A DNA stretch of 64,000 nt, from the NCBI GenBank assembly GCA_902587295.1, contig CACIKS010000001.1, positions 53,664 through 117,663 on the forward strand, read 5' to 3'. Positions 1 through 8,679 of the stretch are shown here, in pieces. Every line of letters starts with the position of its first letter. Position 1 is the stretch's first letter. The notes beneath the pieces are model-generated. The model worked only from the letters and a program-made list of their open reading frames with translations, made no database searches and was not told the origin of the DNA. Source of the DNA: an uncultured Pelagibacteraceae bacterium (GTDB lineage: Bacteria; Pseudomonadota; Alphaproteobacteria; Pelagibacterales; Pelagibacteraceae). The position numbers and the translations under genes are program-made.

Positions 1-367
1 AGAAGCAGCTGTATGTGCAGCTAAAGCTATGCCAATTAATTTGACTGGATCAGAGGTTCAAAAATTGATTGATGATAATGGCTTTTACGCAAAAGCTGTA
101 ATACCAAAAGGTACTTACACTGGACAGAAAAAAGATGTAACAACATTCGGTGTTATGGCTACAGTAGTAACAAGCGCAGATGTTTCTGAAGAAATGGTTT
201 ATACAGTTACAAAAGCTGTGTTTGAAAACCTAGAGGGCAGATATGGATTTAAAGATCAGCACGACGCATTTAAATTTTTAGATCCAAAAAATATGATAAA
301 AAATGGTTTATCAGCACCTTTACATCCAGGAGCAGTAAAATATTACAAAGAAAAAGGTTTGATGTAG
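1..367 (+). CDS. TAXI-family TRAP transporter solute-binding protein (C-terminal fragment, 5' end outside window)
   Basis: The frame is open from the window edge to TAG at 365-367. The C-terminus ...GLSAPLHPGAVKYYKEKGLM is the typical TAXI receptor tail. The fused TRAP permease gene follows. Confidence 0.85.
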   Translation, partial: EAAVCAAKAMPINLTGSEVQKLIDDNGFYAKAVIPKGTYTGQKKDVTTFGVMATVVTSADVSEEMVYTVTKAVFENLEGRYGFKDQHDAFKFLDPKNMIKNGLSAPLHPGAVKYYKEKGLM

Positions 368-390
368 AAATACATCAAAGTTAATCAAAA

Positions 391-421
391 AAGGCCCGAT
401 TTAATATTGGGCCTTTTTTTT
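391..421 (+). terminator. Rho-independent terminator/attenuator between receptor and permease genes
   Basis: AAGGCCC (391-397) pairs with GGGCCTT (409-415) around an 11-nt loop, followed by a T-run to 421. Confidence 0.6.
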
Positions 422-444
422 AAGATGATATATTTTGTTGAGAT

Positions 445-2793
445 ATGCTGGAAAATAAAAACGAATTTATACAAAAGAAAATTCAAGAAGACATTTCACC
501 TACAAAAAATTTAAAAGGCTTACATCTAAAAATAGTAGGCTCATTAGCTATATTGTGGTCACTATTTCAACTTTGGTACGCTTCACCATTTCCGTTTATG
601 TTCGACGTTGGAGTAATTAAAGGATTACCCGCAAGGGCTTTACACCTTGGTTTTGCATTAATTTTAGCATTTTTAATTTTCCCATTCAGAAAAAAAGGAA
701 ACATATCAATATCAAATATATTCATAGCTATTTTATCCTTTCTTTGTTGTCTCTACATACTTATTTTCTATGATGATTTAGTTTTAAGAGCTGGAATATT
801 ACTGGTAGTAGATTTTGTTATTGCAGGCAAAGAATTCAAAATACCAATTGAAATGATAATAGGTATATTTGGTATGCTTGCTCTATTAGAAGCTACACGA
901 AGAGTAATAGGCTTACCATTAGTTATTGTAGCAGTTTCATTTTTAATTTTTTCTTATTTTGGAAGATATTTTCCTGATATTATTTCACACGCTGGTCTTT
1001 CTTTAAATAGACTAGTAGGTTATCACTGGTTTGACCAAGAGGCAATTTTTGGAATTCCAATTAGTGTTTCTGTAAGTTTTATATTTTTATTTGTTCTTTT
1101 TGGTGCACTTCTAGATACTGCTGGCGGAGGAAAATATTTTTTAGATTTAGCTTTTGCTATGGTTGGAAAGATGCGAGGTGGGCCAGCTAAAGCAGCAATA
1201 CTTGGATCTGGAATGACAGGTTTAATTTCAGGTTCATCAATTGCTAACACTGTCACTACTGGGACTTTTACAATTCCAATAATGAAAAAAACTGGTTTTT
1301 CAAAAGAAAAAGCAGGAGCTATTGAAGTATCTGCATCAGTAAACGGTCAAATTATGCCACCAGTTATGGGCGCAGCAGCATTCATAATTGCTAGCTTTAT
1401 TGGTGTTACGTATTTTGAGGTAGTAAAACATGCTTTTCTCCCAGCAATTATTTCTTACATAGCATTATTTTATATATCTCACCTTGAGGCACTGAAACTA
1501 AATCTTAAAGGGATGGATGAAAAAGATGTTCCGAAATTGGGAAAAACTTTTTTATCAGGATTGCACTTTTTGATACCTATTTTTGTTCTTATTTATTTAT
1601 TAGTAATAGTTAGATTTACCGCCTCCTACTCAATTTTTTATACAATCATTGCTTTGTTGACTGTGAATTTTCTTAAAAAATTTTTTGATGGATATAAAAA
1701 AGGCAACCTAACTGACTCTTTTAAAACTTGGTATAACGAAACAATCACTGGCTTTGAGAGAGGTGCATTAAATATGGTTGGAGTAGGAGTAGCAATAGCA
1801 ACTGCAGGAATAATTGTAGGCGCAGTTGCCTCTACTGGTTTAGGAACTAATCTAATTTTGATTGTCGAGACAATTGCAAAAGACAATGTTGCAATATTAA
1901 TAGCACTAACTATTCTACTTTGTCTTGTTCTTGGAATGGGTTTACCAACTACAGCAAATTATGTTGTTGTTGCTTCTTTGATGGCAGGTGTTTTGGTAAA
2001 CGTTGGAAATGCATCAGGGTTTATTTTTCCATTAATAGCTGTACATTTATTTGTATTTTATTTTGGTCTTATGGCAGACGTTACCCCTCCAGTTGGGCTA
2101 GCATCTTATGCAGCAGCAGCTATTTCAGGTGGAGACCCTCTAAAAACGGGAGTACAAGCATTTTGGTATAGTTTAAGAACAGGAGTTTTACCGATAGTAT
2201 TTATTTTTAATCACGAATTACTTCTTATAGGTATAGAAAATATTTGGCATGGTTTATTGGTTATAGTTACATCTCTTATAGGAATACTAGTTTTTACATC
2301 TGCTACACAAGGCTGGTTTTTTAGCAAACTTAAGATTTATGAAATCTTAATTTTTTTAATTATATCTATTTCCCTTTTAAGCCCAGATTTTGCATTAAAC
2401 AGATTTAAACCAAAGTATGATTATCAAAATTTACAGACAATAGATAAAATAAAACTTAATTCAAATAAAGAAGTTCAAATTAAGGTCACCAGGTACACTC
2501 CATATGGGGAAAGATATAGAATGTTTGTGATACCGAAAGATACTTTTGATAATGACTACAATCTAAATGAATATGGTATTGAAATTAATTCAGAAAGCGG
2601 AAAACAAACTGTTTACAAAGTGTCTTGGAAAGGTTTAGCAAAAAAAGATGGTTTAGCAAATGGGGATGTAATTACAGAGTTTAAAATTGAAAACTTAGAC
2701 AGACCTAACAAGGCTATAATCTATCCATTTGCATTATCAATATTATTAATTTTTGGTTATTTTAATTACAGAAGAGGACAGTCTAAGCTTTAA
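445..2793 (+). CDS. TRAP transporter fused permease (TAXI type, DctQ/DctM-like) with C-terminal soluble domain plus terminal TM helix
   Basis: 782-aa polytopic membrane protein directly downstream of the TAXI receptor. The last ~130 aa form a hydrophilic beta-rich segment (KVTRYTPYGERYRMFVIPKD...) ending in one more TM helix. Confidence 0.9.
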   Translation: MLENKNEFIQKKIQEDISPTKNLKGLHLKIVGSLAILWSLFQLWYASPFPFMFDVGVIKGLPARALHLGFALILAFLIFPFRKKGNISISNIFIAILSFLCCLYILIFYDDLVLRAGILLVVDFVIAGKEFKIPIEMIIGIFGMLALLEATRRVIGLPLVIVAVSFLIFSYFGRYFPDIISHAGLSLNRLVGYHWFDQEAIFGIPISVSVSFIFLFVLFGALLDTAGGGKYFLDLAFAMVGKMRGGPAKAAILGSGMTGLISGSSIANTVTTGTFTIPIMKKTGFSKEKAGAIEVSASVNGQIMPPVMGAAAFIIASFIGVTYFEVVKHAFLPAIISYIALFYISHLEALKLNLKGMDEKDVPKLGKTFLSGLHFLIPIFVLIYLLVIVRFTASYSIFYTIIALLTVNFLKKFFDGYKKGNLTDSFKTWYNETITGFERGALNMVGVGVAIATAGIIVGAVASTGLGTNLILIVETIAKDNVAILIALTILLCLVLGMGLPTTANYVVVASLMAGVLVNVGNASGFIFPLIAVHLFVFYFGLMADVTPPVGLASYAAAAISGGDPLKTGVQAFWYSLRTGVLPIVFIFNHELLLIGIENIWHGLLVIVTSLIGILVFTSATQGWFFSKLKIYEILIFLIISISLLSPDFALNRFKPKYDYQNLQTIDKIKLNSNKEVQIKVTRYTPYGERYRMFVIPKDTFDNDYNLNEYGIEINSESGKQTVYKVSWKGLAKKDGLANGDVITEFKIENLDRPNKAIIYPFALSILLIFGYFNYRRGQSKL

Positions 2794-3178
2794 GTATTTT
2801 CCAAACTCCAGAAGTTACCGCAACAATGCCCGATGAGTTAACAATTTCACAAGTTAAAAAAACTAGCGTTCTTGTCTTTTTTTGAATTTTCACTTTTGCA
2901 ACAAGTTTATCTCCTAATTTTGCTGCTGAAATAAATTTCATTTCAAGTGAAATTGTTACACACTGTTTGCCATCAGCAGCTCTATGTGCTCCATTACCCA
3001 TACCAGTATCCGCAATAAAAGTTAAAAATCCACCATGCGCCATCCCAGCCGTATTTAAATGCATCTCTTTAACTTCTGCATAATACTCAAAATTTTTGTC
3101 GTCGATTTTTTTGATCTTAAGACCACCAACGTGCTTTGAATAACCTGAATTAGTTTCGTCCATATTTTCTTTTATCAT
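2783..3178 (-). CDS. PaaI-family (hotdog fold) acyl-CoA thioesterase
   Basis: 131 aa. The segment HLNTAGMAHGGFLTFIADTGMG is typical of PaaI/YdiI thioesterases. Its 3' end overlaps the convergent permease gene by 11 nt. Confidence 0.8.
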   Translation of the reverse strand: MIKENMDETNSGYSKHVGGLKIKKIDDKNFEYYAEVKEMHLNTAGMAHGGFLTFIADTGMGNGAHRAADGKQCVTISLEMKFISAAKLGDKLVAKVKIQKKTRTLVFLTCEIVNSSGIVAVTSGVWKILKA

Positions 3179-4052
3179 ACATCGGAGCTAATTGTGAAAA
3201 AATTACTGCTGATAAAATTATAATTATTCCAAAGATTTTGAATTCATTGAGAAATTGATCTAGCATTAACCATGCAGCTACAGACCCAAAAACACCCTCT
3301 AGAGAAAAAATAATTGCAACGGGTGCTGGTGATAAATTTTGCTGAGCAAGTATCTGAAGCATAAATGCAATTCCACTTGATAAAACGCCAGCATAAATTA
3401 GTTCAGTTGCTTCTAAGGATAAAACTTTTAAAGAAACATATTCAAAAGTAAACGCCGGTATAGATGAAAACAAGGCAGCCGTAAGACACTGAAACGTAGC
3501 TATCGTAATTGGAAAATTAAAAATTTTGAGAAATTTTGAAACAAATACTATGTGAAATGCCCAAAAAAAAGCTCCAATAACAACCAAAGAGTCTCCATAT
3601 CTTACCCTTAGATTGCCCAACTCACTTAAAAATAAACCTCCGATTAAACACATTAAAACTGATGGCCACACAGATTTATGAATTTTTTTTGAGAAAAGGA
3701 AGTAAGCAATTACAGGAACTATAACAACGTACAAAACTGTAAAAACAGCAGAATTTGCAACATCGGTATATAAAAGAGAAATTTGTTGGAAAATATTACC
3801 ACCTGCCAAAAGAAACCCTAAAAATAATAAATACAATATTGTGGTTTTTAAATTTAATTTATTTTCAATAATTTTTTTAAATTCAAAAATAAAAAAAAAT
3901 GGGAGTAGCACTATAAATCCTAAAGCCAATCTTGCGGCAGAGAATGTATATGGCCCTATATAATCCATACCCATATCTTGTGCTACAAAAGCTGTCCCCC
4001 AAATAATAGAGCATGAGATAGCGCAAACTAAAGAAAATATTTTTTTGTCCAT
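3150..4052 (-). CDS. DMT-superfamily (EamA-like) transporter
   Basis: Ten-TM-like hydrophobic protein with duplicated EamA pattern. I prefer the ATG at 4052 (MDKKIFSLVCAIS...) over the ORF-track start at 4118. The 3' end overlaps the thioesterase start. Confidence 0.85.
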   Translation of the reverse strand: MDKKIFSLVCAISCSIIWGTAFVAQDMGMDYIGPYTFSAARLALGFIVLLPFFFIFEFKKIIENKLNLKTTILYLLFLGFLLAGGNIFQQISLLYTDVANSAVFTVLYVVIVPVIAYFLFSKKIHKSVWPSVLMCLIGGLFLSELGNLRVRYGDSLVVIGAFFWAFHIVFVSKFLKIFNFPITIATFQCLTAALFSSIPAFTFEYVSLKVLSLEATELIYAGVLSSGIAFMLQILAQQNLSPAPVAIIFSLEGVFGSVAAWLMLDQFLNEFKIFGIIIILSAVIFSQLAPMYDKRKYGRN

Positions 4053-4118
4053 TAAAATAAAATTAGTAAATTTCCCGGGATATATCAGTAGACCCCTAAG
4101 GCTGTCCAGAAAAATCAA

Positions 4119-5372
4119 TTAAACAGCTAATTTAAAAGCAAAGTCTTTTCCTAAACTTTCGGCCAAGTGAACACAAAATCTAGCACCTTCTGCTCCATCT
4201 ATTACCCTGTGATCATAAGACAATGATACTGGAAGCATTTTTCTAACGATGAACTGACCATTAACTTTTCTAATTTTTTCAAATGTTTTTCCCACACCCA
4301 GTATTGCAACTTCAGGAGGATTTATAATAGGTGTAAAAAAGTTTCCTCCTATCCCCCCTAAACTTGAGATTGTCATTGAACCTCCAAAAAATTCTTTTTT
4401 TTCAATTTTTAATTCTTTACAAAGCTTACTAACTCTTTTTAGTTCCTCAAAAATTTCTTTTAGACCCAAATCATCTGCATTTCTTATTTTTGGAACCATT
4501 AGACCATGAGGAGTGTCGACAGCAAATCCTATGTGGAAATATTTTTTATAAATTAACTTATTGTTTTTTGTATCGATGGATGAATTAAAATTTGGATATT
4601 TTTTAAGAGCTTTGATTACAGCTCTCGTTATAAAAGCCAATGGACTAATTTTTATTTTTTCTCCTGAATAATGATCAATAAGTGAATTTCTAAACTGTTC
4701 CATCTCAGTGATATCTATTTCATCATGTTGTGTCACATGTGGTATCTCAGTCCAGGATCTTACAAGTTGAGGTCCAGATAGTTTCTTAACTCTAGGAAGA
4801 TCTTTTTTTTCTACTTCACCAAATGCTTCATGAGGATATTCATCTTTATAGATTTTTTTTTCAACCTTTCCTTCATTTACAGATACTTGTGATCTTACAA
4901 ATTTTTTAACGTCTTCCTCTGTTACTCTACCAGCTCTTTGAGACCCAGGTATCTGAACGATGTCAGCACCTAATTCTCTTGCAAATTTTCTAACCATTGG
5001 ACTTGCAGATGAAACACCATCCTTGCTAATTTTTTGAACAACCGGCGCTATCTCTTTTGTAATTTTTTGTTTAATTTTTTTTGAAGGTATATCTTCCTTT
5101 ACTTCAGTTATTTTTAAACTTTCTTGTTTTTTATCTACAGAATCTAATAATAAAATCTCACTTCCTTCTGAAACTTTATCGCCCACCTTAACTATAATTT
5201 TTTTAATTTTTCCTTCATCAGTTGCAGGAACTTCCACACTTGATTTATCACTTTCCAAAGTTATTAAGGGATCATTTTTTTTGATCTGTTGTCCTGACTT
5301 AACTAATACTTCTATCACTTCAACATTTTTAAAATCTCCGATATTTGGAACCAATAATTTTTTTTCAGCCAT
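4119..5372 (-). CDS. aceF: Pyruvate dehydrogenase E2, dihydrolipoamide acetyltransferase (single lipoyl domain)
   Basis: N-terminal lipoyl domain (TLESDKSSVEVP), peripheral subunit-binding domain (SPMVRKFARELGADI), and catalytic domain with DHRVIDGA. Confidence 0.92.
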   Translation of the reverse strand: MAEKKLLVPNIGDFKNVEVIEVLVKSGQQIKKNDPLITLESDKSSVEVPATDEGKIKKIIVKVGDKVSEGSEILLLDSVDKKQESLKITEVKEDIPSKKIKQKITKEIAPVVQKISKDGVSSASPMVRKFARELGADIVQIPGSQRAGRVTEEDVKKFVRSQVSVNEGKVEKKIYKDEYPHEAFGEVEKKDLPRVKKLSGPQLVRSWTEIPHVTQHDEIDITEMEQFRNSLIDHYSGEKIKISPLAFITRAVIKALKKYPNFNSSIDTKNNKLIYKKYFHIGFAVDTPHGLMVPKIRNADDLGLKEIFEELKRVSKLCKELKIEKKEFFGGSMTISSLGGIGGNFFTPIINPPEVAILGVGKTFEKIRKVNGQFIVRKMLPVSLSYDHRVIDGAEGARFCVHLAESLGKDFAFKLAV

Positions 5373-5378
5373 TAAACT

Positions 5379-8300
5379 CTATAATTTTGTTGGAAAAACT
5401 TTTGTTTGATCAATATCGTATTTTTTAATCGCTTTTTCTGCATATTCACTTGCTAGTAACTGCTCTTTTGCCAAAGCACTTAAAGTGTATGTAACAATAT
5501 GTTTTTTATCAACTTCAAAAAATTTTCTTAGCTTTTTCCTAGTATCACTTCTTCCAAAACCATCAGTTCCCAATGTGTAAAAAGGTTTGTTCGTATAAGG
5601 TCTTATTTGATCAGCATGGGATCTAATATAGTCGGATGCTGCAAATATAATACCATCTTGTGAACCTAAACATGTTTCAACATAGCTTTTTTTTGCTTTT
5701 TCTCCTGGATTTAATAAATTTTTCCTTTCAACTTCCATACCATTTTTTTTCAATTCGTTGAAACTAGTAACACTCCAAACATCACAATCAATTCCGTAGT
5801 CATCAGACAAAACTTCAGCTGCTTTTATAATTTCTCTTAAAATTGATCCAGATCCTAACATCTGTACTTTTGCTTTTCCTTTTCCCTTATAACTTTTAAA
5901 CAAATACATCCCTTTCAAAATTCCTTGATCTGCACCAATGGGTTTTGCAGGATGTGTATAATTTTCGTTCATTGCAGTTATGTAGTAGTAAATATTTTCT
6001 TTTTTCTCGTGCATCCTTTTTAATCCATCTCTAAAAATAACTGCCATCTCATATGAAAATGTAGGGTCATAACTCACACAGTTAGGTATTGCAGATGCTA
6101 GTAGCAGACTATGTCCATCCTGGTGTTGTAATCCCTCACCGGCTAAAGTTGTTTTTCCAGATGTTGCTCCAATTAAAAAACCTCTTGTCTGAGAGTCTGC
6201 TGCGGCCCAAGCCAAGTCCCCAATTCTTTGAAAACCAAACATAGAGTAAAACAAATAAATAGGAACCATTTCTAAATCATGATTAGTGTAAGAGGTTCCA
6301 GCAGCAATCCATGATGACATTGCCCCCGCTTCTGTAATACCTTCTTGTAAAACTTGTCCGCTCTTGTCTTCTCTATAAGAACTTAATTGTTCAGAATCGA
6401 CTGGTTCATACTTTTGGCCCTCATGCGCATAAATACCAATCTTTTGAAAAAAACCCTCCATACCAAAAGTTCTAGCCTCATCAGCAATTATAGGCACCAA
6501 TCTTGGGGCAACATTTTTGTCTCTTAGTAAATTCGCAAGCATTCTTACAAGAGCCATTGTAGTAGACATTTCCTTATCACCAGTGGACTTCGTAAAACTT
6601 TCAAATATATCTTGAGGAGGTGTTTTAACTGGTTTTGCAAAAGTAGTTCTCTCAGGAATGTGTCCACCAAGCTTAACTCTGCAATTTTTTAAATACTTTA
6701 TTTCTGGTGAATTTTCTGCTGGTTTGTAATATTCAATATTTTTAACCTGCTTATCAGTAAGTGGCACATTAAATCTATCTCTGTAAAATAATAAATCTTC
6801 CTCGTCTAATTTCTTTTGTTGGTGTGTTGTATTTATACTCTCACCAGATTTACCCATTCCATAACCTTTAATTGTTTTAGCTATTATGACAGTCGGCTTA
6901 CCTTTGCATTGAACAGCAGTATGATAAGCTGAGTAAACTTTATGAGGATCGTGTCCGCCTCTATTTAATTTCCAAATATCAGCATCAGTCATATTTGCTA
7001 CCAAGTCTTTTAATTCAGGATATTTACCAAAAAATTTCTCTCTTACGTAAGCCCCACCTTTTGCTTTGAATGCCTGATATTCACCATCGACTGCTTCAGT
7101 CATTCTTTTAACTAGTAAACCAGTTTTATCTTTAGACAAAAGCTGATCCCAGTAAGAGCCCCAAATCACTTTTATCACATTCCATCCAGCACCTCTAAAT
7201 CTTCCCTCGAGTTCCTGAATAATTTTGCCATTCCCTCTAACTGGACCATCTAATCTTTGAAGATTACAGTTAATTACAAAAATTAAATTATCTAATTTTT
7301 CTCTTGCAGCTAAACCTACGGCACCAAAACTTTCTGGTTCATCCATTTCACCATCACCTAAGTGACACCATATTTTTCTATCTTGATCTTTTAGAAGACC
7401 TCTATTTATCAGATACTTAGTGAAACGAGCCTGGTAAATCGCCATCATTGGACCAAGTCCCATTGATACAGTTGGGAACTGCCAAAATTTTGGCATTAAC
7501 CAAGGATGTGGGTAAGAGGACAGTCCACCTTTCTCAACTTCTTGTCTAAATTTATCCAATTGTTTTTCTGAAATTCTTCCTTCTAAAAATGCTCTAGCAT
7601 ACATACCGGGTGCACTATGACCTTGAAAATAAATTAAATCACCACCAAACTTATTATTTTTTGCTCTCCAAAAATGGTTCATACCAACGTCGTACAAAGT
7701 TGCTGCAGATGCAAAAGTACCTATATGACCACCTAACTCTGGATTTTTTTTATTAGCTTTAACAACCATAGCTGCAGCATTCCATCTTATGTATGCTCTA
7801 ATTTTTCTTTCTATATTTTGATCTCCAGGAGATCTTACGTCAGCAGCCGATGGTATCGTATTAATATAAGGTGTAGTTCTAGTATCAGGTAAAATTAATC
7901 CTTGAGTATAAGCTTCATCAATTACTTTTTTAAGCAAATATCCTGCTCTGGATGATCCATCTGTCTTAACAACAGCTCTAAGCGAGTCTAACCATTCTTG
8001 TGTTTCAGAAGGATCTATATCATCCTTAGAAATTGGTTGAGCGTAAATGGCTTCTTTTCCATTTCTTAATCCATTTTTTTTCTCTGTAGTAGTAATTACT
8101 TTATTTTCTACTTTTGTAATTTTTTCTTTTGGAGCAATAGTTTCATCTTTTTTTTCATTTTCACCATCTAGAGTAGCTAGAATACTTCCTTCTGAAACTT
8201 TATCTCCTATTTTTACTTTTAATTGTGATATTTTTCCTTCGAAGGGTGATGGTACCTCGACACTTGATTTGTCACTTTCTAAAGTCACTATTGGATCATT

Positions 8301-8420
8301 TTTCTTAACTTCGTCTCCAGGTTTTACAAGAACCTCAATTATTTCGACGTCTTTGAAATCACCAATATCAGGAACTGATATATTCTTAACCATTCTTTTA
8401 TTATACACAATTTTTGACAC
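5379..8420 (-). CDS. aceE: Pyruvate dehydrogenase E1, homodimeric AceE type, with extra N-terminal lipoyl domain
   Basis: The core GGHIGTFASAATLYDVGMNHFWRA...GDLIYFQGHSAPGMYARAFLEGR matches AceE. The first ~86 aa are a lipoyl domain. An alternative start is the ATG at 8393 (MVKNISVPDIGDF). Confidence 0.92.
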   Translation of the reverse strand: MSKIVYNKRMVKNISVPDIGDFKDVEIIEVLVKPGDEVKKNDPIVTLESDKSSVEVPSPFEGKISQLKVKIGDKVSEGSILATLDGENEKKDETIAPKEKITKVENKVITTTEKKNGLRNGKEAIYAQPISKDDIDPSETQEWLDSLRAVVKTDGSSRAGYLLKKVIDEAYTQGLILPDTRTTPYINTIPSAADVRSPGDQNIERKIRAYIRWNAAAMVVKANKKNPELGGHIGTFASAATLYDVGMNHFWRAKNNKFGGDLIYFQGHSAPGMYARAFLEGRISEKQLDKFRQEVEKGGLSSYPHPWLMPKFWQFPTVSMGLGPMMAIYQARFTKYLINRGLLKDQDRKIWCHLGDGEMDEPESFGAVGLAAREKLDNLIFVINCNLQRLDGPVRGNGKIIQELEGRFRGAGWNVIKVIWGSYWDQLLSKDKTGLLVKRMTEAVDGEYQAFKAKGGAYVREKFFGKYPELKDLVANMTDADIWKLNRGGHDPHKVYSAYHTAVQCKGKPTVIIAKTIKGYGMGKSGESINTTHQQKKLDEEDLLFYRDRFNVPLTDKQVKNIEYYKPAENSPEIKYLKNCRVKLGGHIPERTTFAKPVKTPPQDIFESFTKSTGDKEMSTTMALVRMLANLLRDKNVAPRLVPIIADEARTFGMEGFFQKIGIYAHEGQKYEPVDSEQLSSYREDKSGQVLQEGITEAGAMSSWIAAGTSYTNHDLEMVPIYLFYSMFGFQRIGDLAWAAADSQTRGFLIGATSGKTTLAGEGLQHQDGHSLLLASAIPNCVSYDPTFSYEMAVIFRDGLKRMHEKKENIYYYITAMNENYTHPAKPIGADQGILKGMYLFKSYKGKGKAKVQMLGSGSILREIIKAAEVLSDDYGIDCDVWSVTSFNELKKNGMEVERKNLLNPGEKAKKSYVETCLGSQDGIIFAASDYIRSHADQIRPYTNKPFYTLGTDGFGRSDTRKKLRKFFEVDKKHIVTYTLSALAKEQLLASEYAEKAIKKYDIDQTKVFPTKL

Positions 8421-8489
8421 AATTTATCCGCTTTTTTGACACTTCGTATTAGCAATATAGATTATGCAATTTTTAAGACTTATATTTAG

Positions 8490-8517
8490 AAAAAAGAGAG
8501 CAGATATTAACTCTCAA
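8490..8517 (-). terminator. Possible rho-independent terminator after the thiolase/small-ORF unit
   Basis: On the minus strand, GAGAG-10 nt-CTCTC is followed by TTTTTT. Confidence 0.4.
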
Positions 8518-8538
8518 GTTTTAATACAAAAAATTTTA

Positions 8539-8679
8539 TTAAGAAAATACTTGGCTAAGACCAATTAATAATACTAAGAGAATTATTGCTCCATAGTAAT
8601 ACTGATAACCTCTTACAGTAAATGGTATTTTACTAATAGCTCTATTTTTAAGTTTTTTTCTTGGTTTAGATAATTTCAT
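8539..8679 (-). CDS. Small membrane protein, 46 aa (below ORF-track threshold)
   Basis: Sequence MKLSKPRKKLKNRAISKIPFTVRGYQYYYGAIILLVLLIGLSQVFS. Its ATG overlaps the thiolase TGA stop (ATGA). It has a basic N-terminus and one C-terminal TM helix. Confidence 0.45.
   Translation of the reverse strand: MKLSKPRKKLKNRAISKIPFTVRGYQYYYGAIILLVLLIGLSQVFS

Noticed and set aside
8047-8439. 130-aa plus-strand ORF opposite the aceE 5' region
   Set aside because: This is a shadow ORF antisense to the lipoyl/linker-coding part of aceE, with low-complexity S/F/T content.
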